A DNA stretch of 64,000 bases from Ignavibacteriota bacterium (GCA_025358305.1 JANYJZ010000007.1:1738-65737), one strand, 5' to 3'. Shown: positions 19,401 through 27,931, counted from the first letter of the stretch. Made by a program: numbers and translations. Notes: generated by a model not told the origin, from the letters alone.

Positions 19401-20441
19401 GTTCGACGATATTGTCGGCGTCGCGCCCGGCGTGGAGATCCGTCGGATGTCGAGCTGGCCGTAATTGATAAAATCGACGCCGATGAAGTAGCCTTCGGTC
19501 GATCCCGGTTCGTCGTTGTCGACGCCTTGCGGGGTCCAAGGGCCCTGCGTACTCGTCCCGTTCGTCAGCTGCCGGAACGCTGTGTAGACGATGGGACCGG
19601 CGAGGACGCTCGACTTCCGGACGACAAATGCGGTCGTGCCGAGGACAGCATTGCCCGCGGCATTGAAGATGTTCAGCCCGATGTAGAGCGCGTTCGCATC
19701 GACGCCGAGCGTCGGATAATCGGCGAACCCGCCGTTGTCGGAACTCCCCCCTCCGCCGGTATTCATGGCGAACTGGAAGAACGTGAAGCTGCCCGTTCCG
19801 GTGATGACCGAATCGGAACTCACGGCGATCACAATCCTGTTGTTCGTTGCGGCGACGTTGATCGCGACGACGATCCAGCGCTTCGAAAGCCGGTCGTAGC
19901 GGATATGGGGGTCGCTGACCCCCGCCGTCCCACGGACGGATGTCCAAAATGTCAAGTCATCCGCATTGAGAGCTCCGAGGACGCCAGATTTGCTGAAGAC
20001 TTTGATGCGGCCGTTTAAATGAACGAGGATCTGCGTCGGCCCGACGTCCGCGCCGCAATCGGGCGGTATGAAACCTGATTCGGAGACCTGGATCGCCTGG
20101 AAACTCGTTCCGACGGTCTGGGGGTTCAAAAAGGTCTGACGGTCAGAGGGCGTCTGGATCTTCCCGAGAGCGGGCCAGCTCGATGTCATGGGCGAGAGGG
20201 GGTTCGCCGACGGCGTGGGGCGCAAGGGGAATTCGTCCATTTCCTTGTATTGGCCGGTGAAGGGAGCCGTCGGCCGAAGCGACTCGCGCGCCATGATCTC
20301 CTGCACGCTGAGTGTGATGCCGGCTTCTCCGGTCGTGGGCGTGCCCACGATCTCGCCGGAGCTCGTCTGCGCATGCAGGCCTGACGAGACAAAGAAGAGC
20401 GATGCAAGAACAACACAACATGATAGCAACAATCGATTCAT
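13410..20441 (-). CDS. Giant T9SS-secreted adhesin-like protein (2343 aa): unknown N-domain, IPT-like Ig, 11 putative Ig (He_PIG-type) repeats, jelly-roll, choice-of-anchor-X-like motif, pre-CTD cassette, CTD
   Basis: Start moved to ATG 20441 (GGAG RBS, MNRLLLSCCVVLASLFF signal). Repeats CPxITLxPATLP...Y...ASGG..PY...G.LP.G.TL...G..SGTPT. YNDGTHGDVTNGDNLWT. C-terminal FALLQNYPNPFNPVTTIQF...KKMILIK. Confidence 0.9.
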   Translation of the reverse strand: MNRLLLSCCVVLASLFFVSSGLHAQTSSGEIVGTPTTGEAGITLSVQEIMARESLRPTAPFTGQYKEMDEFPLRPTPSANPLSPMTSSWPALGKIQTPSDRQTFLNPQTVGTSFQAIQVSESGFIPPDCGADVGPTQILVHLNGRIKVFSKSGVLGALNADDLTFWTSVRGTAGVSDPHIRYDRLSKRWIVVAINVAATNNRIVIAVSSDSVITGTGSFTFFQFAMNTGGGGSSDNGGFADYPTLGVDANALYIGLNIFNAAGNAVLGTTAFVVRKSSVLAGPIVYTAFRQLTNGTSTQGPWTPQGVDNDEPGSTEGYFIGVDFINYGQLDIRRISTPGATPTISSNIVLTVPATIAPVLQQHEGEASDTSRLDALDDRLFAAQLKKNKLTGVATLWTAQNIAVNASGVATAGGRNGSRWYQIGSMTTTPTLIQSGTLYDPGASNIRGYWIPTIAMSGQGHAAMGTSYASLNDFAGVAVAGRLASDVSGTIQAPTLAFVASTAYNVQPTTNGQRWGDYSSTVVDPNDDMTFWTFQEYTNATNSWATRVVQLKAPLPAAPTSALPSSAVAGASNVNVTVTGTSSGGTGFFDPGAGYSRRISASVGGAGVTVNSVTFTNPTSVVLNLSVAPGALAGARTVTVMNPDSQAVTSASGIFTVSVASCPTVILSPSTLTNGTAGTPYSQTITASGGLAPYGYTVTAGALPAGVTLTGAGLLSGTPTFGGVYNFSVTATDANFCTGVQAYTWTVTGCPQITLAPATLPNDTIGIAYSQSVTASGGTGPYTYAISAGALPPGITLSAGGALSGAPTLTGSYSFTVRATDANLCQGTRAYSVQIFCPSITLAPATLPSDTVGKAYSQPVTSSGGTPSYTYSVSAGAIPTGLTLSSGGLLSGTLTTVGVYSFTILSTDGIACTGSRAYSVTVYAVFVPNTISLAVQGTAVIENFDGMANSGATSSTLPTGWFLNEVGTNANTTYGIDNGTNTAGNTYSYGATSASDRAFGMLQSGTLATPTIGASVTNNTGATITSLGIAYVGEEWRLGTRNRFDSLQFKMSLDATSLTTGTWTPYYSLDYATTDTSGAAGARDGNVKRTTVSSTISGLSIANGATFWIRWSDFSATGSDDGLAVDSFAITANPGFGAPTNPTASGASSPSSVVVGNTSLLTVTVTPGTNPTSTGITVTTNLSTVGGSSAQTFYNDGTHGDVTNGDNLWTFRDTVTLATSPGLKSLAVSVQDAQLRSASASIGLTVVACPTITILPASLPNAGLGVAYNQTVTASGGTIPYVFTLQTPGTLPSGLALAAGGGITGTPTAIGTSNFTVVVTDSNGCTATKAYSIQVTCPAISMLPASLLGATISTPYNQTVTASGGTSPYAYALQTPNTLPTGLSLSSGGAITGTPTATGTSNFTVVATDAHGCTGTKAYSIQVSCPSISILPASLPAGTINIFYNQTVTPSGGKAPYSCTLQTPGTLPVGLSLSSAGIISGTPTATGLSNFTVVVADSNGCPATKGYSIQVSCPVINVLPASLPAAAIGTPYNQTVTASGGTSPYGYALQTPNTLPVGLSLSALGVITGTPTTPGNSNFTVVVTDSSGCTAAKPYAIQSSCPTITLSPAVLAGGTAGVIYSHSVTASGGTAPYTFTPHSGAMPPGLTLATSGSITGTPTASGVFPVTIQAADANGCQDSLAYTLNIGCTSITLSPASLPAATVGTAYAQAVSATGGTGSYAYSVTLGSLPASVTLSGAGLLSGTPSAAFAASFTVTATDSFGCQGSKAYSLQATCPALSVSPASLPNGTKGSLYSLQLAGSGGTSPYTFQVTLATPPAGITLSASGLLSGTPTATGNFPFTVTATDTFGCQGMKAYSLQVDCPVVSVLPSTLADDSVAHPVSLSITASGGTGAYTFTVSAGSLPTGVTLSSAGLLAGLPSSAGTYSFTITATGSDACAGSRPYSWQINASSQVVVGVPLQAKWNIISNPLRGGNDSVTAVYPAALASAYAFLPGSGYSSTALIPHGAGYWIKFGSAQTATLIGFPDLADTIAVEAGWNLVGALAEKLPASSVVPVGTTIASQFYGYQAGYSVSDTLRPGLGYWVNVSATGTLVFSSSANVPASMSSASPRHTAEDPPVATIVISDAAGNTQQLFVGRKGSDGGSKLFALPPAPPNGVFDVRFATDRMMEISTGRRQELAIRISSAIAPVTIGWKRDGGEDVRMVLSGTDGARSPLRAELDDAGSVTLKTAQNLILVLDPKKAVPTSFALLQNYPNPFNPVTTIQFDLPVRSVVSVSVLNILGEQVTLLHNRSELGPGREDISWDASSFPSGIYFYRLSAQPLSAEGAAPGSPFTSTKKMILIK
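14600..18460 (-). repeat. 11 intragenic Ig repeats of about 88 aa (3 + 8, split by an insert at about 16700-17680)
   Basis: Counted in the translation. DNA segment tgattatacggcgtgc recurs at 15841 and 16369 (528 bp = two units). Confidence 0.85.
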
Positions 20442-20538
20442 GTAGTCTCCATAGTCGAATGCATTGGGTCCGGCGATCGACACACTAGTCCTGCAACCGC
20501 GCAAACGCCCCGGTCCCGAAAAGTACATAATAACATTA

Positions 20539-20567
20539 AATGTACAGAAAACAGACGGGATGTTCAA
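20539..20567 (-). promoter_or_regulatory. Candidate sigma70 promoter of the 2343-aa gene
   Basis: TTGAAC-17-TACATT. Confidence 0.4.
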
Positions 20568-20646
20568 TACCTCCGGTCACAATTCCGGAAAAAAGAACCG
20601 CATTTTATCGCAATTTCCAATACATATGGCACTCCTGGCCCTGGCG

Positions 20647-20675
20647 TTGGCAGGGACGATAAAATTTGCTATCTT
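20647..20675 (+). promoter_or_regulatory. Candidate sigma70 promoter of polA
   Basis: TTGGCA-17-TATCTT with extended TG. Confidence 0.5.
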
Positions 20676-20707
20676 GATACCCAGTTTCGTCCAATCATGA
20701 CTCCCTC

Positions 20708-23542
20708 ATGCCCAAAGCACAACGACAAGCGCCTCCTCGCGAGCGCCTCTTCCTCCTCGACGGGATGGCCCTCGCGTACCGGGCCTACTTCTCCTTCATC
20801 AGCCGCCCCCTGATCAACTCCCGGGGCGAGAACACGAGCGCGATCTTCGGGTTCGTCAACACCCTCGTGAAGATCCTCGACGACGAGAAGCCGGACCACG
20901 TCGCCGTCGTGTTCGACACGAAGGAACCGACGTTCCGGCACATCATGTACGAGCCCTACAAGGCCACCCGCGAAAAGATGCCCGAGGACATGTCGGGCCA
21001 GCTCGACATGCTTAAGGAGGTCGTCAAGGCGTTCCGGGTTCCCGTCCTGGAACTCCCCGGCTACGAGGCCGACGACATCATGGGGACGCTCGCCCGGAGA
21101 GCGGAAAAGGCGGGCATCATGACCTATCTCGTCACCGGCGACAAGGACTTCATGCAGCTCATCTCCCCCGCCATCAAGATGTACCGCCCCGGGAAGCAGG
21201 GGGACGGCTGGGAGACGCTCGATGAGAAGGCCGTTCTGGAGAAATTCGGCGTCGCCCCCGACCGGGTCATCGACGTCCTGGGCCTGACGGGCGACACTTC
21301 CGACAATGTCCCCGGCGTCCCCGGTATCGGCGAGAAGACCGCGATCCCGCTGGTCCAACAGTACGGCACGGTCGAGGAGATCCTCGCCCACGTCGACAAG
21401 ATCCCCCAGAACGGCGTTCGCAAGAAGCTCCAGGAGCACCGCGAACTCGCCCTCTTATCCAAAAAGCTCGTCACGATCGACATCAATGTCCCGTTGGAGA
21501 CCGACCTCCACCACTTGAACGCGAAAGAGCCCGATCGGCCCCAGCTCTCGAGGCTCTTTGCGCGACTCGAGTTCCGGAACCTCGCCCGGAAGTTCTCCGA
21601 CGGCGCAGGCGCGCCGGAGCCGACCATCGCGTCGGCCGGGCCCGTGCTCGACGAAGCGCCCCCGGCCGACATCACGACCGACGCGCACCGATACCACCTG
21701 GTGACAACGGAGAAGGAACTCGACGCCCTCATAACGACGCTTGGCCGAGCGAAGCGCTTCGTCTTTGACACTGAGACCACCTCCACCGATGCGTTGACGG
21801 CCGCCCTGGTGGGGCTCTCCTTCGCCCTCAAACCCAAGGAAGCGTGGTACGTCCCCGTCCGGGGCGACGTCCCGTCCTCCGACCATGCCCACGGCGACCT
21901 CTTCCCCGGCCCCGCTCCCGCCATTCCGGCCGAAGACCAGGTCGGGTTCGACGTGGAGAGACTCCTTGCGCGGCTCGCGCCTGTATTTGAAAATCCCGCG
22001 ATCGAAAAGATCGGCCAAAACATCAAGTACGACATCCTCGTCCTGGCCTCCCATGGCGTCACGGTCCGGGGAACGGTCTTCGACACGATGGTCGCGCACT
22101 ACGTCCTCAGGCCCGATGGGCAGCACAACATGGACAGCATGGCTTTGGAGCACCTGCGGTACCGGACGATCACGTTCGACGACCTCACCGGCACGGGGAA
22201 GGACCGCAAAGACATCCGTAGCATCCCGGTGGAGCGCGTCGCCGACTATTCCGCCGAGGACGCCGACGTCACATGGCGCCTGTATGAAAGCCTGTCGGCC
22301 TCCCTGGCGAACCAAAAGCTCCTCCCCTTGTGCGAGACGATGGAGTTCCCCTTGATCGGCGTTCTGGCCGAGATGGAACGGACCGGCGTGGCGCTCGATA
22401 CCGCCTACCTCGGCGAGCTCTCGGCGAGCCTCGAAGAGACGCTCTCGGGGCTCACCGGCGAGATCCACCGCCAAGCGGGCGAGGTGTTCAACATCAACTC
22501 CACGCAGCAGCTCGCGAAGATCCTCTTCGAAAAGATCGGCCTGGCCTCCGTCCGCAAGACGAAGACCGGGTTCTCCACCGACGTCGCCGTCCTGGAGACC
22601 TTGCGGCACTCTCACCCGGTCATCGAACAGCTTCTGGAGTACCGCCAGCTCCAGAAGCTCAAGTCGACCTATGTCGACGCGCTGCCGCTCCTGGTCAATG
22701 CGCGCACCGGGCGGCTCCATACGTCGTTCAACCAGACGATCGCAGCCACCGGGCGGCTCTCGAGCAGCAACCCGAACCTCCAGAACATCCCGATCCGGAC
22801 CGAGATCGGCAGGAGCATCCGCAAAGCATTCATTCCCGGAGGCACCGGACGGCAGATCCTCTCGGCGGACTATTCGCAGATCGAACTCAGGGTCATGGCG
22901 CACATCTCCGGCGACCCGGGGCTCTCCGAGGCGTTCCGGGAGGGCGAGGACATCCACGCGACGACGGCCGCGAAGGTGTTCGGCGTCAGCGCGGCCAAGG
23001 TGACGAAGGAGATGCGCAGGAAGGCGAAAGAAGTGAACTTCGGGATCATGTACGGCATCGGACCGTTCGGGCTCGCCGCCCGGCTCGACATCAGCCAGGC
23101 GGAGGCGAAGGAGATCATCGCGCTCTACTTCGAGCGGTTCCCGGGGGTCAGAACATACATCGACGAGACGCTCGCCAAGGCCAGAGAGACGGGGTTCGTC
23201 TCGACGCTCAACGGCCGCCGACGCTACCTCCCCGACCTCGTGAGCAAGAACTTCAACGTCCGGTCGAACGCCGAGCGCCAAGCGATCAACATGCCGATCC
23301 AGGGCACGGCCGCCGACATGATCAAGCTCGCGATGATACGTCTCCCGGCGCCCCTGGCGAAGGAGGCGCCGAGCGCGCGGATGCTCCTCCAGGTGCACGA
23401 TGAACTCGTCTTCGAGGTCAACCGCAAAGAGGCGAAGCGCGCCGCGGCCGTCATTGTGAAGGTGATGCAGGAGGCTCTCCCCCTGAGTGTGCCGGTGGAG
23501 GTGGAGTCAGGTGTGGGTCAGAACTGGCTCGAGGCGCATTAG
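20708..23542 (+). CDS. polA: DNA polymerase I
   Basis: 5'-3' exonuclease (LLDGMALAYRAY, EADD, GDTSDNVPGVPGIGEKTA); intact 3'-5' exonuclease (FDTET, QNIKYD, YSAED); polymerase motifs DYSQIELR, KEVNFGIMYG, QVHDEL. Confidence 0.98.
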   Translation: MPKAQRQAPPRERLFLLDGMALAYRAYFSFISRPLINSRGENTSAIFGFVNTLVKILDDEKPDHVAVVFDTKEPTFRHIMYEPYKATREKMPEDMSGQLDMLKEVVKAFRVPVLELPGYEADDIMGTLARRAEKAGIMTYLVTGDKDFMQLISPAIKMYRPGKQGDGWETLDEKAVLEKFGVAPDRVIDVLGLTGDTSDNVPGVPGIGEKTAIPLVQQYGTVEEILAHVDKIPQNGVRKKLQEHRELALLSKKLVTIDINVPLETDLHHLNAKEPDRPQLSRLFARLEFRNLARKFSDGAGAPEPTIASAGPVLDEAPPADITTDAHRYHLVTTEKELDALITTLGRAKRFVFDTETTSTDALTAALVGLSFALKPKEAWYVPVRGDVPSSDHAHGDLFPGPAPAIPAEDQVGFDVERLLARLAPVFENPAIEKIGQNIKYDILVLASHGVTVRGTVFDTMVAHYVLRPDGQHNMDSMALEHLRYRTITFDDLTGTGKDRKDIRSIPVERVADYSAEDADVTWRLYESLSASLANQKLLPLCETMEFPLIGVLAEMERTGVALDTAYLGELSASLEETLSGLTGEIHRQAGEVFNINSTQQLAKILFEKIGLASVRKTKTGFSTDVAVLETLRHSHPVIEQLLEYRQLQKLKSTYVDALPLLVNARTGRLHTSFNQTIAATGRLSSSNPNLQNIPIRTEIGRSIRKAFIPGGTGRQILSADYSQIELRVMAHISGDPGLSEAFREGEDIHATTAAKVFGVSAAKVTKEMRRKAKEVNFGIMYGIGPFGLAARLDISQAEAKEIIALYFERFPGVRTYIDETLAKARETGFVSTLNGRRRYLPDLVSKNFNVRSNAERQAINMPIQGTAADMIKLAMIRLPAPLAKEAPSARMLLQVHDELVFEVNRKEAKRAAAVIVKVMQEALPLSVPVEVESGVGQNWLEAH

Positions 23543-23560
23543 CGCGTTCGAGCGGCGGTC

Positions 23561-24097
23561 TTACGAGGCGGCGGGCGGCGACTGGTCGGGGGCGTGCATG
23601 CGTTTGCGCAAGATCATCCCCGCGCCGAAGAGGATGAGGCCGAGGGGCCAGTAAAGCCTCACGACGTCCAGGACCTCCCAGTGCGAGAAATACCCCAGTT
23701 CGCTCCCGAGGAACGCGGCGCCGACGCCGCCCAGAAGAATGGCCGGGACGAGATGGAACCAGTCCCGGAAGTCATTGCACCAGAGCATGAAGAACGCCGC
23801 GCCGAAGATGACGAACGTCGAGGCGATGATGAGATGCCCGCCGATGTCGAGCTGGTCGATGGAATGGAGCAGAAAGAACACGGAGTAGAGAAACACCACG
23901 GTCCCAAAGAAGATCTTTCCCCGCCTGCCCTGCGCGAACCCCCTGCCCACCCCCACGAGGCTCAGGAGCATGACGACCGGCCAGAAGACCTGGTGGAACG
24001 AGATCCTGACGAAGTTCAGCTTGCTCACCAGGAGTAGCGCTCCGAACAGGATCAACGCGACGCCGAACCAGGGGATCCGAGATGCTGTCTTTTCCAT
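23561..24097 (-). CDS. LiaF/DUF5668-like multi-pass membrane protein
   Basis: Repeated GxxLILxGxxLL and WPxxL helices; follows the PspC-domain gene. Confidence 0.7.
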   Translation of the reverse strand: MEKTASRIPWFGVALILFGALLLVSKLNFVRISFHQVFWPVVMLLSLVGVGRGFAQGRRGKIFFGTVVFLYSVFFLLHSIDQLDIGGHLIIASTFVIFGAAFFMLWCNDFRDWFHLVPAILLGGVGAAFLGSELGYFSHWEVLDVVRLYWPLGLILFGAGMILRKRMHAPDQSPPAAS

Positions 24098-24107
24098 GGA
24101 ATGTCCC

Positions 24108-24794
24108 TTAGATGGCTTGAGCCGACGGCCGTTCCTCGGGCATGAGGAGGACCAGGATGATATAGAGCAGGAGCCCCCACCCGAACGACGCGATCACGAG
24201 GCAGATGTAGAGGATGCGCACGATCGTCGAGTCGACGTTGAAATAGGCCGCGATGCCGCCGCAGACCCCGAAGAGTTTCTTATCCTTCACCGAGCGCCGG
24301 AGTTCCTTGAACTGCACCGCCGACGCCGGTGCGCCCTCGGGTGCGCCGGGCGCGCTGGGGATCTCCTGGCCGCGTCGGGAATGGATGAACATGAGGAACC
24401 CGCCCACGCCGATCAGAAGCACCGGCAGGAGCACGGAGCGCGAGAACGTCCACCAGTGGAAGCCTGCGTACCACCCCAAATTGATCAGAAGGAACGTCGC
24501 CCCGGCAAGGATGAGCATCACGCCCCAGAACCGGCGCCGGTCGCCCGAGAGAACCGGAGAAGTACTCCCGGTCGGCACGGCGTTGGTGTCCGGGTTCGCC
24601 GGAATGATGATCATGCCGGCGATATAGAGGACAAGCCCCGTGCCGCCCATGAGCGTCACGAGGATCCAGACGATCCTGACGATCGTCGGATCGACGTCGA
24701 AATACTCCGCAATACCGCCGCACACGCCGTCGATCATGCGGTCGCGCCGGGATTTGTAGAGTTTTCGGGGGATATCTGTCGTTGTCGTTTCCAT
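24108..24794 (-). CDS. Protein with two PspC domains flanking a DUF5668-like membrane segment
   Basis: KLYKSRRDRMIDGVCGGIAEYFDVDPTIVRI and ELRRSVKDKKLFGVCGGIAAYFNVDSTIVRI. Confidence 0.9.
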   Translation of the reverse strand: METTTTDIPRKLYKSRRDRMIDGVCGGIAEYFDVDPTIVRIVWILVTLMGGTGLVLYIAGMIIIPANPDTNAVPTGSTSPVLSGDRRRFWGVMLILAGATFLLINLGWYAGFHWWTFSRSVLLPVLLIGVGGFLMFIHSRRGQEIPSAPGAPEGAPASAVQFKELRRSVKDKKLFGVCGGIAAYFNVDSTIVRILYICLVIASFGWGLLLYIILVLLMPEERPSAQAI

Positions 24795-24820
24795 GTGAAT
24801 TCGCTGTTCTACATGAGTTG

Positions 24821-24846
24821 TACGCTCTTGGGCCGTGAAAGTTTCA
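24821..24846 (-). promoter_or_regulatory. ECF sigma (SigW-like) promoter of the pspC-liaF operon
   Basis: TGAAAC (24846-24841), 16 nt, CGTA (24824-24821). Confidence 0.6.
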
Positions 24847-24899
24847 TCGGGGAGGAGGGCGAAAACCGGCTCCGCTTGCCCGTTCTGCTGCGGGGGCGC

Positions 24900-24934
24900 A
24901 AGAAGGCCGGTCCTTCGTATGCGAAGGACCGGCC
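24900..24934 (-). terminator. Terminator after frr
   Basis: Perfect 13-bp stem ggccggtccttcg / cgaaggaccggcc, 4-nt loop, then TTCTT. Confidence 0.65.
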
Positions 24935-24962
24935 CCTGAAATGTTCACCTGTCTTTTGACCG

Positions 24963-24989
24963 CCCCCCCCCTTGAGAGAGAGAGAGAGA
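24963..24989. repeat. Simple sequence repeats C9 and (GA)8
   Basis: C run 24963-24971; gagagagagagagaga 24974-24989. Confidence 0.9.
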
Positions 24990-24992
24990 AGG

Positions 24993-25550
24993 TCAGACCT
25001 CCATGACCTCTTTTTCCTTCGCCACGACAAGGCCGTCCATGTCCTTGACGAACTTGTCGGTCATCTTCTGGACGTCCGTTTCCGCGCGCTTCCGATCGTC
25101 CTCCGAATAGTGCTCCTTCTTCTCTGATCTTTTGAGGAGCTCGATCGCGTCCCGGCGGATGTTCCGGACGGCGATCTTCCCCTCCTCGGCGAATTTCTTG
25201 ACGAGCTTCACGATGTCCTTGCGCCGCTCCTCGTTCAGAGCCGGGATCGGCACCCGGATGACCGTCCCGTCCGAGACGGGGTTGAGGCCCAGGTTCGCCG
25301 ACTGGATCGCCTTGTCGACCGGTCCGACCATGTTCTTGTCCCACGGGGTAACGGAGATCGTATGGACGTCGAGGACGCTCACATTGGCGACCTGGTGGAG
25401 GGCCATCGGCGCGCCGTAGTAGTCCACCTTCACGCCGTCGAGGAGGGCGGTGGTGGCCTTTCCGGTGCGGATCTTCACGAGTTCCTGACGCACGACCTCG
25501 ACCGCCTTGTGCATCTTCTCTTCCGTCTGTTTGAGGATTTCTTTCGTCAT
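24993..25550 (-). CDS. frr: Ribosome recycling factor
   Basis: IRTGKAT..LLDGVKVDYYG, LGLNP..DG..IRVPIPALNEERR. Confidence 0.97.
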   Translation of the reverse strand: MTKEILKQTEEKMHKAVEVVRQELVKIRTGKATTALLDGVKVDYYGAPMALHQVANVSVLDVHTISVTPWDKNMVGPVDKAIQSANLGLNPVSDGTVIRVPIPALNEERRKDIVKLVKKFAEEGKIAVRNIRRDAIELLKRSEKKEHYSEDDRKRAETDVQKMTDKFVKDMDGLVVAKEKEVMEV

Positions 25551-25589
25551 AGTGGGGATTCTCCGAAGTTCGACACGTTTCTTCTAGTC

Positions 25590-26300
25590 TTACGAGACGA
25601 TCGTTCCGACGCGCTCGCCCATGACGAGCCGATGGAGGTCGCCCTGGCGGTTCATGTTGAAGACGATGATCGGCATGCGGTTCTCCTTGCACAGGGTGAT
25701 CGCGGTGAGGTCCATGACCTTGAGGTCCTTCTTGAGGACGTCGAGGTAGGAGATCTCGGGGAACCGGATCGCCTTCGGGTTCTTCTCCGGGTCGGAATCA
25801 TAGACGCCGTCGACCCTCGTTCCCTTGATGATGACGTGCGCGCCGATCTCGACGGCCCGAAGGGCCGCCGCGGTGTCGGTGGTGAAGTAGGGGTTGCCGG
25901 TGCCGGCCCCGAAGATCACGACGCGGCCCTTTTCGAGGTGCCGGATGGCGCGTCTGCGGATGAAGGGTTCGGCGATCTCGTCCATCTTGATGGGCGAGAG
26001 GAGCCGGGTGTAGATGTTGCGGTGTTCCAAGGCGCTTTGGAGGGCCAGGCCGTTCATGATCGTCGCGAGCATCCCCATCTGGTCGCCGGTGACCTTGTCG
26101 ACGCCATCGGAGGAGTTCTCGACGCCGCGGTAGATGTTCCCGCCGCCGATGACGATGCCGATCTCCACCCCCGCCTTCTGGAGCGAGCCGATCTCTTCGG
26201 CGTAGCGGCCGAGCACGAGAGGATCGATGCCGAATTCCTTCTCGCCCATGAGCGACTCGCCGCTCACTTTGAGAAGAATGCGCCGGTATTTCATCGTCAT
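25590..26300 (-). CDS. pyrH: Uridylate kinase
   Basis: [45 protein letters not shown]. Confidence 0.97.
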   Translation of the reverse strand: MTMKYRRILLKVSGESLMGEKEFGIDPLVLGRYAEEIGSLQKAGVEIGIVIGGGNIYRGVENSSDGVDKVTGDQMGMLATIMNGLALQSALEHRNIYTRLLSPIKMDEIAEPFIRRRAIRHLEKGRVVIFGAGTGNPYFTTDTAAALRAVEIGAHVIIKGTRVDGVYDSDPEKNPKAIRFPEISYLDVLKKDLKVMDLTAITLCKENRMPIIVFNMNRQGDLHRLVMGERVGTIVS

Positions 26301-26315
26301 AAGGTTGTCCTGGTT

Positions 26316-26347
26316 AAAAAAAAGGTCTCACCGAGAGATGAGACCTT
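26316..26347 (-). terminator. Intrinsic terminator between tsf and pyrH
   Basis: aaggtctca / tgagacctt stem, T8 tract on the minus strand. Confidence 0.7.
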
Positions 26348-26364
26348 GCCGTATGAACGCGAAC

Positions 26365-26967
26365 TCAGCTTTCTCCGAGGTGGAAGCGCTTGAAGCGCCG
26401 TACCGTCACCTTCTCGCCTGTCCGCGACGTCGTGTCGAGGATGAGGTCCTTGATCGTCTTTCCGGAATCCTTGATGAACGTCTGTTCGACGAGGCACGTG
26501 TCCTGGAAGTACTTGTCGAGCTTGCCGGTCGCGATCTTTTCGAGGATCGCATCGGGCTTCTTGTCGTTCCGGGCCTGGGTCCGGTAGATGTCCAATTCGT
26601 GCTCGACGACGTCCGGGGGGACGTCCTCGCGCTGGATGTAGAGGGGGTTCATCGCGGCGATCTGCATCGCGATGTCGCGCGCGAGCGTCTTGAAGTCGTC
26701 GGTCTTCGCGACGAAGTCGGTCTCGCAGTTCACCTCGACCAGGGCGCCGATGCGGCCCCCGGCGTGAATGTATGCTTCGACGAGCCCCTGGTTCGTGATG
26801 CGGTCAGCGCGCTTCTCGGCCGTCGCCGCGCCCTTCTTCCGCAAGTGATCGATGGCCTTCTCCAGGTTGCCGCCCGACTCCGCCAGGGCCTTCTTGCAGT
26901 CCATCATGCCCGCGCCCGTCTTGTCTCTCAGTGTCTTGACCAATTCTGCCGTAATCTCTGCACTCAC
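26365..26967 (-). CDS. tsf: Elongation factor Ts (short form, 200 aa)
   Basis: VKTLRDKTGAGMMDCKKAL, VEVNCETDFVAK. Confidence 0.97.
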   Translation of the reverse strand: MSAEITAELVKTLRDKTGAGMMDCKKALAESGGNLEKAIDHLRKKGAATAEKRADRITNQGLVEAYIHAGGRIGALVEVNCETDFVAKTDDFKTLARDIAMQIAAMNPLYIQREDVPPDVVEHELDIYRTQARNDKKPDAILEKIATGKLDKYFQDTCLVEQTFIKDSGKTIKDLILDTTSRTGEKVTVRRFKRFHLGES

Positions 26968-27058
26968 AGTGTCACTCTGTCCTTTCCTGGTTAACGATGA
27001 TGTCGTATCCTTGTGTGCGCGCGCGCGCCTGCGAGATCCGAGGGGGCCCGCAAGGTGC

Positions 27059-27805
27059 TTATCCGAGCGCGATCTTCTCGTTGCGCGACGCTTCCACGTC
27101 CGCGCCTTCGAGGTGCGCCGCGGTGCGCTGCGCGCCCTCGATCGCCGCGTCGGCGATGAGCCGGGTGATCGTCTGGATCGACTTGATCGCGTCGTCGTTC
27201 GCCGGGATCGGGTAGTCGACCATGAGCGGATCGCAGTTCGTGTCGACGATCGCGAAGACGGGGATCCCTAACCGGCGCGCTTCGGCGACCGCGATCTCCT
27301 CTTTCTTGATGTCCACGACGAACAGCGCGCCAGGAAGCCGGGTCATCTCGACGACGCCGGAGAGCACCTTGTGGAGCTTCTCCTTTTCGCGGTCGAGGAC
27401 GAGGGTTTCCTTCTTCGTGATCTTGTCGTAGGTGCCGTCCGATTCCATCTTCTCGATGTTCGTCAGGCGCTTCACGCTCTTGCGGATCGTCGTGAAGTTC
27501 GTCAGCATGCCGCCGAGCCAGCGGTCCGCGACGTAGAACTGGTTGCAGCGCTTCGCCTCTTCCTCGACGACGATGCTCGCCTGTTTCTTCGTACCGACGA
27601 ACAGGATGCGCTTGCCGTCGCCGACGATCTGCGTCATGGCGGAGCAGGCCGCTTCGAGGAGTTCCTGGGTCTTCTTGAGGTCGATGATGTGGATCCCGTT
27701 GCGTTCCATGAAAATGAACGGCTTCATCTTGGGATTCCAGCGGCGGGTGAGGTGACCGAAGTGCGAACCGGCGTTCAGCAGGTCCGTAAGTTCAACGCGT
27801 GGCAT
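27059..27805 (-). CDS. rpsB: 30S ribosomal protein S2
   Basis: [35 protein letters not shown]. Confidence 0.98.
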   Translation of the reverse strand: MPRVELTDLLNAGSHFGHLTRRWNPKMKPFIFMERNGIHIIDLKKTQELLEAACSAMTQIVGDGKRILFVGTKKQASIVVEEEAKRCNQFYVADRWLGGMLTNFTTIRKSVKRLTNIEKMESDGTYDKITKKETLVLDREKEKLHKVLSGVVEMTRLPGALFVVDIKKEEIAVAEARRLGIPVFAIVDTNCDPLMVDYPIPANDDAIKSIQTITRLIADAAIEGAQRTAAHLEGADVEASRNEKIALG

Positions 27806-27823
27806 GGTGGGTGGTACTCCTTT

Positions 27824-27931
27824 GGGTTTAGTTAGGCTTCTACTCCCGTCATCTCCTCATGGAACCCGTGCTGAGCGGACATTGACCGCCGGTGCAAGGG
27901 CACTCCCATGAAGATCGGAGAGTATGCGTGA
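27824..27931 (-). ncRNA. rpsB leader (t44-like autoregulatory RNA)
   Basis: Position 5' of rpsB; recalled conserved elements CACGCAUA...GGGAGUGCC...GUAGAAGCCUAACUAAACCC. Confidence 0.55.

Noticed and set aside
21455-23398. Long antisense or overlapping ORFs (also 9607-11295, 14805-16142, 33406-35187, 35943-37499, 48506-50695, 57191-59140)
   Set aside because: They are shadows of well-supported genes, expected from GC-rich third positions, with no family motifs.
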